A stretch of 63,742 nt of DNA, counting the filler, from Reticulomyxa filosa (taxonomy: Eukaryota > Protista > Foraminifera), in NCBI GenBank assembly GCA_000512085.1. It is 17 parts of 17 records of this genome, joined end to end, with 100 filler letters (N's around TTAATTAATTAA, not from the genome) between each part and the next. Parts side by side here need not be neighbours in the genome. Positions count along the whole stretch, not along the records: positions 35,535 to 41,977 come from ASPP01007734.1; positions 42,078 to 46,294 come from ASPP01008100.1; positions 46,395 to 47,982 come from ASPP01006641.1; positions 48,083 to 53,591 come from ASPP01013401.1; 13 more parts are not named here. One strand, written 5' to 3'. Every line of letters begins with the position of its first letter. The stretch's first letter is position 1. Positions 37,082 to 48,922 of this stretch are shown here, one piece after another. A model generated the notes under the pieces. It was not told the origin of the DNA and ran no database searches. It saw nothing but the letters and a program-made list of their open reading frames with translations. Position numbers and translations under genes: made by a program.

Positions 37082-38658
37082 ATGCTACGACCAGGTGAAG
37101 GAATACGGCTGGCAACAGCCGTCCACGATGCTATCTCTAGCATCGAAATTATTAAGCAGCTACACAAGCCTCATCTTACCAAAATTAAAGAGTAAAATTT
37201 ACAATCTACAACCATTTTGTAGGATCAAAACAAACTACTTGGTGTTGTTTCTCAGTTTGCACGAAGCGAAACAAGAAAGTTTGCTACAAGATGTAGCAAC
37301 TCGCATCATAAATGTTCCTTATGAAGATCTTTATGAAAATTTTAACATAGAGAAGAAGTCAGGTTTATCTAAAATCTTTAGGTTTCATCAATAACTTCAC
37401 TTTAACTTGCAATAAAATAAACTGAACCAAATGATTAAAAAAGAGATCAACAAGGATTACCCGAAATGAATCCTCATCAAGCACTTTCAACATTGCAATT
37501 GTTGGATCAACATCAAGTGAGAGCCTTAACACAAAACTCGACCAATGTCTCAAATCCGTCTTCAAATGATTTAAATTTTGGCTATAGTTTAATGAGTGCC
37601 AAAATGCATCAAATTAAAGATAATAAAAAATTCAGGCTGACATTGAAGTACTTTTAGAAGTATTACAACAATGCAAAAGTGCATTAAGCACAAATTTTTC
37701 AATTAAGCCCTTAAAATCTTTTATTGATAACTCTCTTAAAGAACAACAAGATTATGTTGGACTGCTTCAAAGCATTATTGAAATTCAATTAAAAATGCAA
37801 AAAATTGAAGAAAGCATGAGACAAAATAATTTGGAGTTTAGCAATGAACAAACAATCTTATTAAACCAAATCAGTGCTTTAGAAACTGTGCACAAAGAAT
37901 ATGTCAATGTTATCAAATCTAATACAACTTATGAAAAAGAGCTCAACAATGCCCAAATTCACTCAATACAAGCATTACAGCAAACAGAGCTTGATAAAGT
38001 TACAGCAGCATATAATGAAGCCGAATCAGAATTTATGACTGAATCTCGGGCGCACGAAAACGTTTTACACTTTTTAGAAAACAAATTTAATCAAGCAAAT
38101 CAGTTTGTTTTTTCTATACGCGCTTAAAATTATTAAAATTATTGTTTTTCAAAATTTACAAAACATTAACAAACAGAAACTAGAAGAAAGAAATAATCAA
38201 CGAATGGTTGATGAAGAATCAGTAAATCATGCTATTGAAGAAATAAGATTAAAGTGTGAGTCTGGGAGTACTGAGATAAACAACCTTATGGAGGTAAGGT
38301 GTACTTGTTTATAAAGTTTTACTGATCGTTTTTGTAAAACTTCAATTATATAACGATAAAAAAGAAAATTCAAAGCTATAACCAAAAAATCGAAAAAGCA
38401 GCAGTTTCAGAAAAGAAAAAAATTGAAGAGAAAAAAGAACACAATGACTGTCAAAAACAAAAAGCAATTCAACAAGTGCTGCAGTCATTGATACACAGGT
38501 ATAAACTTCTTTTTTGTTCTGTTTTCATTCTAACAGACATTGTAATTGAAAATAGATTTCAAGCGAAAAAAGAAGTGAAAAAAGCAATTAGCAAAAAGAA
38601 AACAAAAGGCAAAACAAAAAAGAAAGTGACAAAGAAAAAAAAAAATAGTGTAAAATGA
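37082..38658 (+). CDS. Coiled-coil IQ protein, divergent DRC9/IQCG-like (nexin-dynein regulatory complex)
   Basis: MLRPGEGIRLATAVHDAISSIEII; ESRAHENVLHFLENK..KLEER; degenerate IQ (VLQSLIHRFQAKK); Lys-rich C-terminus; several short introns. Confidence 0.55.
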
Positions 38659-40135
38659 TTGAAGAACTTGTGAATTCAATTGTCACACTGTTTTTCAGAT
38701 CAGTAGTAAAACTTTTTCCTTGTTTCCTTAAACTTCCATGTAAAAAATTTTCTAATGCAAGAATTGTCGTTTTCAAAACAAAAACTTTTGTTGTAGCACT
38801 ACGCTTCAGACAGAAGTATATGTGATATTTTTGTCAAACTCGTCTTTTCCGTAATCGATTGAAAAAGGGAACAACAAGTATTTTGTTGTGCTTCCTTCAA
38901 CCGATTTTATCATAATAGTTTCAAGCGGTATTGCACGTGCCTTTAGTCGTTGCAATGAGTAATTATTTTTATGTAATTTGGTTTTTACAATTTTAAAGTG
39001 ATGTATATTCAATTTATCAACGATGGCCTACTTTTAATTTTCTTTTTTTTATGTCAATCTTGTAAGATTTATATACAACAAATACGTACATTGAATATGA
39101 TTTCACAAAATATCGCGTTGATGTTGTCAAATTATTGACAGATTAGTCTGAAAAAAAATGAAAAGTGTTGTAATGATGAAGTAAGATTCCATCTACAGTT
39201 ATTTTGTACATTTTTATTCATCATAAAAAATTCATTGGATGCGCAATATCTTACGTGTTTTAAGAGATAATTGGAAATAATATCAATTTTTTGTTTTATA
39301 ACCTTTCAATAGAAATTTAATTACTGCAACGCGATTTCGATTACAGTAATGTATAATTTCGGAAATATAAACTGTAAAATGAGATATTTTAAAATTCAAG
39401 TTGTTCAAGTAATACAAGATCATCTTGGCAGTATGTTTGACAAGAATATGATATTGCATCTACATGAAGAAAAACAAAACAATCATTTCATAAGTTTAAT
39501 TTGCAAACAACATACAGCAATTAATTGCGTTCAACGTTGAATGAACGCAATTGGTGGTTTAATAAATTGTTGAAACAATTTTGTCAGTTGCAATCAAATA
39601 CATGTTGAATAGATAAAACATCATTTTACTAGTTATAGATATATTGAACTGTTGCAGCAAAACATTTGATGATAGCAATTCATATATTGGCTTCTGTTGT
39701 AATTATTACGATTTGTTTGTCACATGATAAATGATATGAGTAAAGTAAAACAAATGTAATGCACATGAACAAATCTTATGGTGTACATTCGATTTTTTTA
39801 CTTCACTGAATAAACGTTGGTTGGCCGAGTTTAGGACAGAAAACTGTATTTTCAATAGGATAATTTCGGTGTTGTTTTTAGTTCCACGTAATTGAAACAG
39901 AAGATAATAAACTAGAAATCTACACAAATGTTAACACTAACTTGAGAAAACTTGGGTAACATCAGTAACATTTGTTTTTCATAAAACACTGTTTTTTTTT
40001 GAAGAGCGGGAAAAACCATGAAAATGAACTTTACATTGTTGAGAGACTAACAAAAAAAGACAGTAATATTTCAGCTTATTATTGCTTTACAGATATTTTT
40101 TTTTGCCGGTCATCATCTCCTGACTTGCCAACAAA

Positions 40136-41862
40136 ATGGCTCAACTAAAACTTTATTCTGGTTGGCACTTACTGGTCAATATGGAAAAACAAAGCGAGAA
40201 TGGCTTTTTGAACATCGGCTCCTTTCAAACAGCACAAGTTTCAAGCAATGAAAATTTTGCAAACCCAACACAATTTTTTGTTGTTTTTTGGAATAAAGAA
40301 GATAAAGCGAAGCAAAACAAAACGAATAGGAGTTTTGGAACGTATGGAACAAAATTGGTGGTGAAACGAACTTTCTGCGCAAGTTGTTGTCGAACATGCA
40401 TTTACGAGTAGTGCGCGATATTATTGAATTCCAATCACATCAAAGCAAATGTTTTGCATGCCATAAGACAACAAACATATCTATGCATGTATTTTTGTTT
40501 GTTTTGTGTTATGGTCTTTCTTCTTCCTAATCCGACCCTAATCACTTTTTTTTTTTTTTTGGAAGGGTGTTAAAAAAAATGATAATAACAATAACAAAAA
40601 TTTAATACATAATTAAAAATGTAAAATCGAACAGACAGCGGCACAAGTTGGCAAATGGAATATAATGACATTGACGAAAAAAGTGAAGAGATAAGTCAAG
40701 AAATATCCAACATTATCATTGCTGCATTATGTCATTTCATTTCCCCTGACATTGTTACTACCTATTTATCTTTCAAATTTTTTTTTATTTTTTTTTTTTG
40801 TTTGGGCTGGGTCTGCCATCAACATGAACCTCTTCTTTTTATTATTCCATTTGTTGTGTTTCTTTCACTCCTTAAACATGTAACGTATCAACAATAACAA
40901 CAACGCTTGCAATGTTGGCACAGAATGATGTAATGATCTACAAGAGTGGTAGCCGTGCGATCGTTTCGGTGTGGTGTGAAATCGAGTCTTTAGACGTTAC
41001 AGAAAGATTAAAGTCACTCGTCACACGTGCGACTATTTCCATGCTACGACATGCCAGCACCTTGTCCGGCAGAACTTCCAGTTCGTCTTTTTTTTTTTTT
41101 TTTTTTTTTTTAACAAACACAAACAAATAAACGACGTTTATTCGTGACATACACATATATCATATACAACATATATATATATATATGTATATGTAACATG
41201 AGCAAAGAATTAGTGGATCGGAACAAAAATCAATATATCGATCTTTCATTATTCAAAAAATCCAAACATTGGAGAAATGTCGATATTGTTGAAACTCTTG
41301 ATTGGATCAAATTTCAAGTTTGTTTTTTTTTTTGTGTGTGTTGGATTGTGTTTTGATTTGCATTGGGATTTGGAACAGAAACAACAAGTAAACCATTTCT
41401 TTTTTTAATTAATAAAAACAACAGAAAGAATTAGGGGTTGATAAAACGGCAGAGGAGGCGAATCTAACCCCTTTGAAGCCTCCCCCAATAACAGTGAAAA
41501 GCATGATGGGGACGGGTGAATACGAGAGGACACCGGTGATAAACGCAGGCACGTACACCGCAATGATGGAGGGTAATGTAAGCACAGTGAGCAATGTGGG
41601 CAACGTGAACAATATGAACAATATGAGCAACGTGAACAATATGAGCAATATGAGCAATATGAACAATATGAACAGTATGAACAATATGAACAATATGAAC
41701 GTGAATAATGGGATGGGGAGCCACGTGCCTATCCGAGGGAACGATGCCAACAACTATTCCAAAGAGAGTTGGTATCGCAAGTTCCATGGGGTTGGGAGAA
41801 ACTTGGAATTGAATTTGGAAACCAAATTGACTTCAGATTTGAAACAAAGTCTGGACAGTGAG
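40136..41862 (+). CDS. Unidentified multi-exon protein with Asn-Met repeat, 3' partial
   Basis: Exon-like pieces EFWNVWNKIGGETNFLRKLL, AIVSVWCEIESLDVTERLK, HWRNVDIVETLDWIKFQ, SKESWYRKFHGVG flanked by GT/AG. Confidence 0.5.
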
Positions 41863-42099
41863 GTGAGTGTAATAAACAATTTTTTTTTTTTTTTGAAATG
41901 TATTGTATAGTTGTAAATAAATGCAATTAAGTCAAACCAATCAAAAAACAAACCAATCAATCAATCAACAAAAAATTNNNNNNNNNNNNNNNNNNNNNNN
42001 NNNNNNNNNNNNNNNNNNNNNTTAATTAATTAANNNNNNNNNNNNNNNNNNNNNNNNNNNNNNNNNNNNNNNNNNNNGACAAAGGACCAGCCTCATGAA

Positions 42100-43110
42100 C
42101 ATGCGTCAGAAGAAAAAAAACAGAAACGGAGGCGGAAACAAAAACCGAAAATAAAGAAAATAAAAAAGCCAAAAACAAAAAAAGCCTTGATGGCCATAAA
42201 CACCAAGCAAAAAACACTACACAAGACTTCAAGTCTCGTAAACAATCCCTTCAAGTTGGAGCCACTCAATTGGAAACAGTTTTGAAAGAGTTGGCCGGTG
42301 ATGATGTTGGTGACACTGCGCTCTTGGCTGTTGCTTTACGACAATTACATATATACAATGAGGTGTGCTATTTTTTATTATTGATTTTCTTTTCTTTTCT
42401 TTTCTTTTTCCTTGTCACAAATAGTTTGAGTATTTGTTATGTTTGAAATGACTTGGAATCTCAGACGATTGATAAAAGCACTTTGCCTGCTTACATGGAG
42501 AGTATTATACCCAATATCAGCGACGACAAAGGACAAATCAATTACAAATTGATGTGCGCCTATTTAAGTGATCCCACTGCAACACAAAGTTTACCCAACA
42601 ATGATCAATGGAACGCATTTCGAGAATCAATGATCGGACAAGCTCGAAAATCTGATCATTTGCGCATTCACTATTGCTTAGATGGCTGGCCTGCAAGCAA
42701 AATACTTGAATTGGATAACTACAGCAAACTGGCCGAAGCTGCTAAGCATAACAACCAAATCGAGTTGTTGCCATTGATACCATTAATTCTTAATTCGCTT
42801 GGCAAAGATGTAGAGTTTGCAGAATTTCGAGTGAAAACTGGGTATGTCACACCAAAAATATACATACAATAAAACGTGTAATGTTATATTGTTATTATGA
42901 TATATATATATGTATATATATACATGATTCAATATTTGCTTTGTTGATAAAATCTTGTTTCAATCAAGTTCGGAGGCGTCGTGGCAACAACCCAATAAAA
43001 CAACCCCGATGGCTCCAATATCCTTTGCAAAAGATGGATGGGGACAAGTATTTATTTGGCTGAGAAGTAAATCTTTTGTTGCCAAGAACGGGGGCGTCCC
43101 GTTCGAGTAA
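42100..43110 (+). CDS. 3' part of an unidentified protein with a degenerate EF-hand-like segment
   Basis: Three exons joined by GT-AG introns; DDKGQINY; ends WGQVFIWLRSKSFVAKNGGVPFE* at 43110. Confidence 0.55.
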
Positions 43111-44688
43111 ACGCCAATGAAAGTGTCAATGTGAGTTATCGAACTCAAAACAAAAAACTAACTTGAGTCATTGAGCAAAATGTGTTATTGGAATAGTTTA
43201 GAGTTTTATGGTTTTTTTGGAAAAAATTTGTCCCATTCCAATGACTGCGGACAACGCAAAATTGTCAGAACTGCAGTCGCTCACAAACTTGTTTTTTTTT
43301 TTGAAATTACTTTGAATCCAACAAGTTACCAAGACTTTAACGACTGTTTCGTTCATAATTCGTTAGAGTCAAATTAATATTGAGACGAAGCTCTAATGCA
43401 CATAAGTTCCGATTTTGAAAGATACAATAGAAGAGTGCATATATTGGCACTAAGTGTAACACAAAATTGACTCGTTGCGTAGTCTTTTTACAAAAAACGA
43501 AAGTATTAAATAAAAGAATAGCCAAAACGATAGCAAAAAAACGACAAAAAGGGTTTTGTGGGAAAAGGAGTTCCGAGCGAAACTTCTCTTGCAGTTAGTA
43601 TGGCATTGCAATACAGTACATCCTATTTCGATCGTAACTATTTTAAACGCAACAAGCTTTTTGATCTTTTAAAACTTAACAGTTGTCTAATTATAAGCCT
43701 CACTACCGTTACACTGCTCTCGACAGTGAATGGTATTTATAAATGTTAATCAATACATTATTATCAAATTGTAAACAGATCTCAATACTTTTAAACAAAA
43801 GCTAAATTTCGTTTTCGAATTAAACATTATTGTTGAGTTAAGTTTTTTTCATTTGCTGTGTCATGCCTATTAGATCAGTTAAAATGAAAATTTATTGTTC
43901 TATTAAAAAAGGTAAACATCATTAGAAATGTATTAGTAATATATTTAATACTACCAACAATTGTGAAAACATTTCACATTCGATATTGTATCAAAAAAAA
44001 TAAAAGCATATTTCGGTTGTCTTCCTACTTCAAGTATAGTACCAAAAGGAAATGAAAAATAATCAGTGAGACATCAGAATTAGAAAAGCAAATATTGCAA
44101 AAAAATTGGCCTTTTGTGTTGTTTCTCACAGAGCACAATAGCGGCAGGAAAAAATGAAAAGTAAACGTTTAATGGACTTTATATTTTAAAAAATATTTTA
44201 GAAAATTTTTGTTGTTAGAGCAAATGTTTGAAAAATTCGGAGTTTTATTACTTAACAATTATGTGTTTTCACCCAAGATAGTGACAAAGAATTTTTGGAA
44301 GAAACACTGAGAAAAAAGGGTAGATTGGAGAGACAACGAACACAGCAGTGTAAAAAAATGTTTAACGTTGCGTTATTATTCGAATGCAAGGAGCATCCTT
44401 CCAAAAATGAGCGGAAAAAAAGTACTTTTGAATTTGCAATTGCGATTGATTTTGCAAATCAAGCTTAAATAAACTGAAACAAAACAAATTAAAAAAAAAA
44501 AAGAAAATTGAGGAGGAGAAAAAAAAACAAACAACATAGAAATTTTTTACCAAACCCTTTTGTTTTTCTCCCTTTCCCTTTTTTTCTTACTTTCCCTTAT
44601 GCGTTGCTCAGCACCCCTCCCTGTATTTTTATGCAAAGGATGAGTGTCAATTTCCTCCTCCTCCTCTCTCCCCGACATATGAAAGTGA

Positions 44689-45486
44689 TCAAGTATTCAT
44701 AAATTTGGAATGGATGGTGCTGAGCTTGCTTTTTTTGTTTCTTTTTTCGCCAACAATGGCAGTGTTCAAAGTGACATTTTGAGGGACAGTAGTTTCTTTG
44801 GATTTGATCATCTGTATTCCCAGGTACCCATCTGTTTCAAAAATTTTTTTGTTGAATTTACGCGCTTTAAACTCGGGTGCATTCGCGTCACGTGACGTCG
44901 CAGGCCGGTCATTCCATGCGTTATGTTCGGCCTTCATCTTCGCTCTTCTCGATGTATTTAAAGCTGGAGATATTGGGATTGTCAGATTTTTGACCGATTT
45001 TTGAGGACGTGAAGCCCGATATTCCATTGGCACACATTGACTCGTTTTCATTTTATGAAAATTGGATGCATTCTTTTTTTTCAATTCCGTAAATTTTTGC
45101 TTTTCTTGTTCCAATTTTTGCAACTCCATTTCTTCACTTGTCAACTTTTCAGCCCCTGTCATATGGCTGTTCGACACTTGAAGAATGCGCTTTGGCTTGT
45201 TGTCCCATTTCTTATTCGTCTGCTCTTCATATTTGTTTTCTTTATTACTCAAAAATTTTTCCTTTCTTCTTTCTCTTTCTCTTTCTCGTTCTCGCTCTCT
45301 TTCGCTCTCTCTTTGTCTCTCTCTTTCTTCTTCGCTTTCCTTTGCTCGCTTGTGCGCTTCTTGACTCTTTCTTTCGAAAAACATCTCGCAGTCTTTTTCA
45401 CACACTTCTCCTGCATTTCCCACAGAAAAATCTACAAATTGAGGTGCTTCAATGTTTTCATAGAGTTCATCTGAGAGGGCCATCAT
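44689..45486 (-). CDS. TPX2: TPX2-family spindle/microtubule protein
   Basis: N-terminal YENIEAPQFVDF (Aurora-binding type), LTSEEMELQKLE, LTIPISPALNT..RA, FKARKFNKKIFE..G..GI..KETTVPQ. Confidence 0.8.
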   Translation of the reverse strand: MMALSDELYENIEAPQFVDFSVGNAGEVCEKDCEMFFERKSQEAHKRAKESEEERERQRESERERERERERERRKEKFLSNKENKYEEQTNKKWDNKPKRILQVSNSHMTGAEKLTSEEMELQKLEQEKQKFTELKKKNASNFHKMKTSQCVPMEYRASRPQKSVKNLTIPISPALNTSRRAKMKAEHNAWNDRPATSRDANAPEFKARKFNKKIFETDGYLGIQMIKSKETTVPQNVTLNTAIVGEKRNKKSKLSTIHSKFMNT

Positions 45487-45902
45487 TTACAGGGCGCGAT
45501 ATTTAAAAAAAAGAAAAAAAGTCCTGGTTCACGTATGAGTTAGCTTTTTTTTAAGTCCTCATCCTCACTTGAGTGTTTCTTTAATGTATTCTCCTGCAGG
45601 TCAGTTTTAATGCATACTCGTTAATTTTAAGAAATATTAACTACAGCATTTTTTTTCTTCTCTCATTGTTCTTCTACTCTTAGAGTAAATTGCTTTTGAA
45701 AGTCGAAGACGTGCAAGGTGCTGTAGATTTACCAAACATTTGGAAAACGCAATCTTTATATTTTTCAGCTAAAATTCAAAGCGAATGACAAAAAAAACAA
45801 AAGACAGAGCGATAGTTTGCGATTATTCATTGAAATTCCACTTGAATATTGAAACGAAAGAAAAGGGTTTTCTATTTTGGGGAAAAAGAATCAAGGGAAA
45901 AA

Positions 45903-46240
45903 ATGACAGCAATTCCTGGAACGAGGGAAAATGATTCTTTGTCATTTAGCAGCAATGAACCAAACCTCCAATTGCAATCAGCCCCAAATCTCCCACCATT
46001 GGAAACAGTGACCAATGGGCATTTTAATGAAGACAAAAGCCCACAAAGCAGCAAACCAGGATTCGAGCCAAATCTGTTAATAAAGACAGAAAGCCTGAGT
46101 CATTGCTATATATGTGGTCTGTATTTTGACGACAGCGCATTGTTGCATGCTCATTACCGACAATGTTACGCATATTTGATGTCAGGTGAGTGTGACATCA
46201 GCTTCGGACATATTTTGGTCAAAATCTACCCTCTTACGAG
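45903..46240 (+). CDS. 5' exon of a zinc-finger-containing protein
   Basis: CYICGLYFDDSALLHAHYRQC; GT donor then intron running into the spacer. Confidence 0.55.
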
Positions 46241-46395
46241 GTCATTTGTGCATACGTACATCCTCCATATACTTACTTTAAAAAAAAAAAAAAANNNNNN
46301 NNNNNNNNNNNNNNNNNNNNNNNNNNNNNNNNNNNNNNTTAATTAATTAANNNNNNNNNNNNNNNNNNNNNNNNNNNNNNNNNNNNNNNNNNNNC

Positions 46396-46432
<37 letters not shown>

Positions 46433-46466
46433 CCGGTTGATTCGCGCAAAAATATTTTTGCACACC

Positions 46467-46913
46467 TTCTGGCAAATTGCTTGCAAAAGTAAAGATCTTG
46501 TCTACTCCACATTCAGGTGCTTCCTTTTTCAACCATTGCTTAAATTTGCTGATAATTTGCTCTTCGTTCTGTTTTGGCCCTTGATCGTTTCCCCAGAGTG
46601 CGTGCTTCCCTCCTTGTTGGGATATTACTTGGTTTGCCAAGTCATCAATTTCTATTGCCTTGTTGAGCAATTCTTTCTTACTTAAAAAGCTCGTCTCCTG
46701 AATTTTTATATTCAATTGGTCAAATAGCTTTGCTATTTCCCTGCTGAACACTTTTCCTTTCGATGCATCTTTTTATATGCAATGTGTATATTTTGCTAGT
46801 TCTTTTGGGCTGCCACCACGTTCGTTTTACTCATTTTACTTCCCAAAGATGATTTAACTTTGTTCTGAGGCATTTTGAGAGCGAGAACCTTTTTTACTTG
46901 ATTTCTTTGGCAT
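46467..46913 (-). CDS. SETD3-like SET-domain methyltransferase, N-terminal part
   Basis: AIEIDDLANQVISQQ...ISKFKQWLKKE..FTFASNLPEG| parallels the SETD3 pre-SET region; first exon MPKKSSKK. Confidence 0.5.
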
Positions 46914-47265
46914 GTCTATACAAATATCAATGTTGAGTGAATGTTTTATTGAATTTTGTTTATGAGTAGTCCCTTTTTCTTGCTGTATACTATTTATTTA
47001 ATTGTGAATAGATATTACATCATTTTATTACTTCAGATTTGAAACCAAATGAATACTTTTGCAAGGAGAAGGTATTTGATTTAAATAAATTGAATTTGTC
47101 TAAATTTCTGTATTGTACCAAATGCAAATATCAAACTGATGTTAAACAATCATCTTTAATGATAGCAAACATTATTTTGACAGTTTCTGTTGAGCAAAAC
47201 TTGGTATGAGTTTTTGTTAGCAGGGATTTAGTGCACATCTGGCACATTATTCACATTATAGTAAT

Positions 47266-47661
47266 ATGAGTCAGCCCAAAACAACCTCAAATCCTTGGGA
47301 GCAAGGGGAAGATTCATCCCCCTCAAAGATGAGTGTGTCAAGTCAGCAGCAGAAGCTGTCTGCTTTTTTGGCTAGTTTGAAAATTCAACAAATTGAGAAG
47401 TACATGCTCGAAAGTAAAACGACAGTACAAGATTTGTTGGAAATGTCAACAGAAGAGCTGGAGTAAGTTTGCGCTTAAATGAGGAAACAAAATAGGGTAA
47501 AAAGGGAGAGAATGAAAGATAAAAACTATTCTTTTAACTTTGTGAGCATTATGTGTGGGTCGTGAAAAGGGCATTTTCCCAGGACACATTAAAGTTGGAC
47601 GTATTGTCAAGAAAAAGATTGATTCGAGGTGTGTTGGATACAAAAGAAGACAGAGAAGAAG
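47266..47661 (+). CDS. SAM-domain protein, 5' part
   Basis: LSAFLASLKIQQIEKYMLESKTTVQDLLEMSTEELE|AFSQDTLKLDVLSRKRLIRGV is a SAM pattern. Confidence 0.7.
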
Positions 47662-48082
47662 TGGGAGACGTGATTACCCCGGGCGGACTCATCAACGGGT
47701 TAAAGGCAGCAAATTTCGACTTTGCTTATTCAGCAAATTTTATTTTTTTGAAAAAAGTGTTTCTGTATAAAAATGAGAAGAGGAAAAAAAAAAAGGGGTT
47801 GAAAGAATAAAAAATTACAAACTTTTCAAAATAAGCCAATCCAAAAATCACGAACAAATAAAAGGAAGAATAAAAGGAGAAATCAAAGGAGAACTAAAAG
47901 GAAGAATAAAAGGAAAAATAAAAGGAGTAACAAAAAGAAGATTAATTCAAGTATCACTGTTGGAACCGAAAGGGTTTGAATTNNNNNNNNNNNNNNNNNN
48001 NNNNNNNNNNNNNNNNNNNNNNNNNNTTAATTAATTAANNNNNNNNNNNNNNNNNNNNNNNNNNNNNNNNNNNNNNNNNNNN

Positions 48083-48162
48083 GCGCAAATGTTTGTATTT
48101 CCGCAAATGTTTGTATTTGCGCAAATGTTTGTATTTCCGCAAATGTTTGTATTTGCGCAAAT
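48083..48162. repeat. 18-bp tandem repeat alternating GCGCAAATGTTTGTATTT / CCGCAAATGTTTGTATTT at a contig edge
   Basis: Four full units plus GCGCAAAT, read directly. Confidence 0.95.
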
Positions 48163-48922
48163 ATTCTAACATCAAAAAGACAAATTGGCAAAGTTAATCA
48201 AATGTCTGCACTCCCAACATTCAGTACAAAAAAAATTTTTAATTTTTAAACAGAATCTCTGTTTTATTTCATTTAGACATTTTTTTTAAACACTATCGTT
48301 GTGTTATTCTAGGATTTCGTTTTACTTTTTTCGGGCTATAATTTAGATGCAATATTGCATTCTTTGGTATATTTCAACTTTGTTGCCAATTCTTAGCATT
48401 TAGTTGAAGGTGCATAGGCATCTCTTAAAAAAGAATTTCAAAAAATGTTTGTTTTCATTATCAAATAGTTTTAATTTTGGTTTACTTTTTTTTACGTGTC
48501 AGGCAGCTGCTTATCTTTTTTCCGATCAATTAAAAATTTTTTTTTTGCATTTTGGAAAAATTAGGGAATGATTAGACATTCCAATCTCAAAATTTAAACA
48601 CGACAAACAATCACCTTTACAAGATACATTGTTGAAAAGCAAAAAAAAAGAAAAACAGGAAATATATACTTATTCTATGATAATTTCACTTAAATTTTTG
48701 ATTTACAAAAATACGATGCAAATCGAAGGAAAACATTTTTAAAAGGATTACAAGCATTTCTATTACACCTATTGCAGTTACATTTGATTTAAATACACTA
48801 ACGTTGCCTTAAAAAAAATAAACACAAAATATTTAGCAATACAGCTCCATATTGTCCTTTTTTTTAAAAAAAATATTTAAGAAATTATTACAAATTATAT
48901 TAATTCTGTTTTGAAAATAATG

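Noticed and set aside
39523-39552. Short inverted repeat AATTGCGTTCA..TGAACGCAATT as a terminator or RNA gene
   Set aside because: Single 11-bp stem in eukaryotic AT-rich DNA with no supporting context
46750-46860. Apparent frameshift in the SETD3-like 5' end
   Set aside because: A GT-AG intron (CAA A|GTTAAA...AAAAAG|AT GCA) restores the frame
48083-48162. CRISPR array
   Set aside because: Head-to-tail repeats without spacers, no cas genes, eukaryotic context
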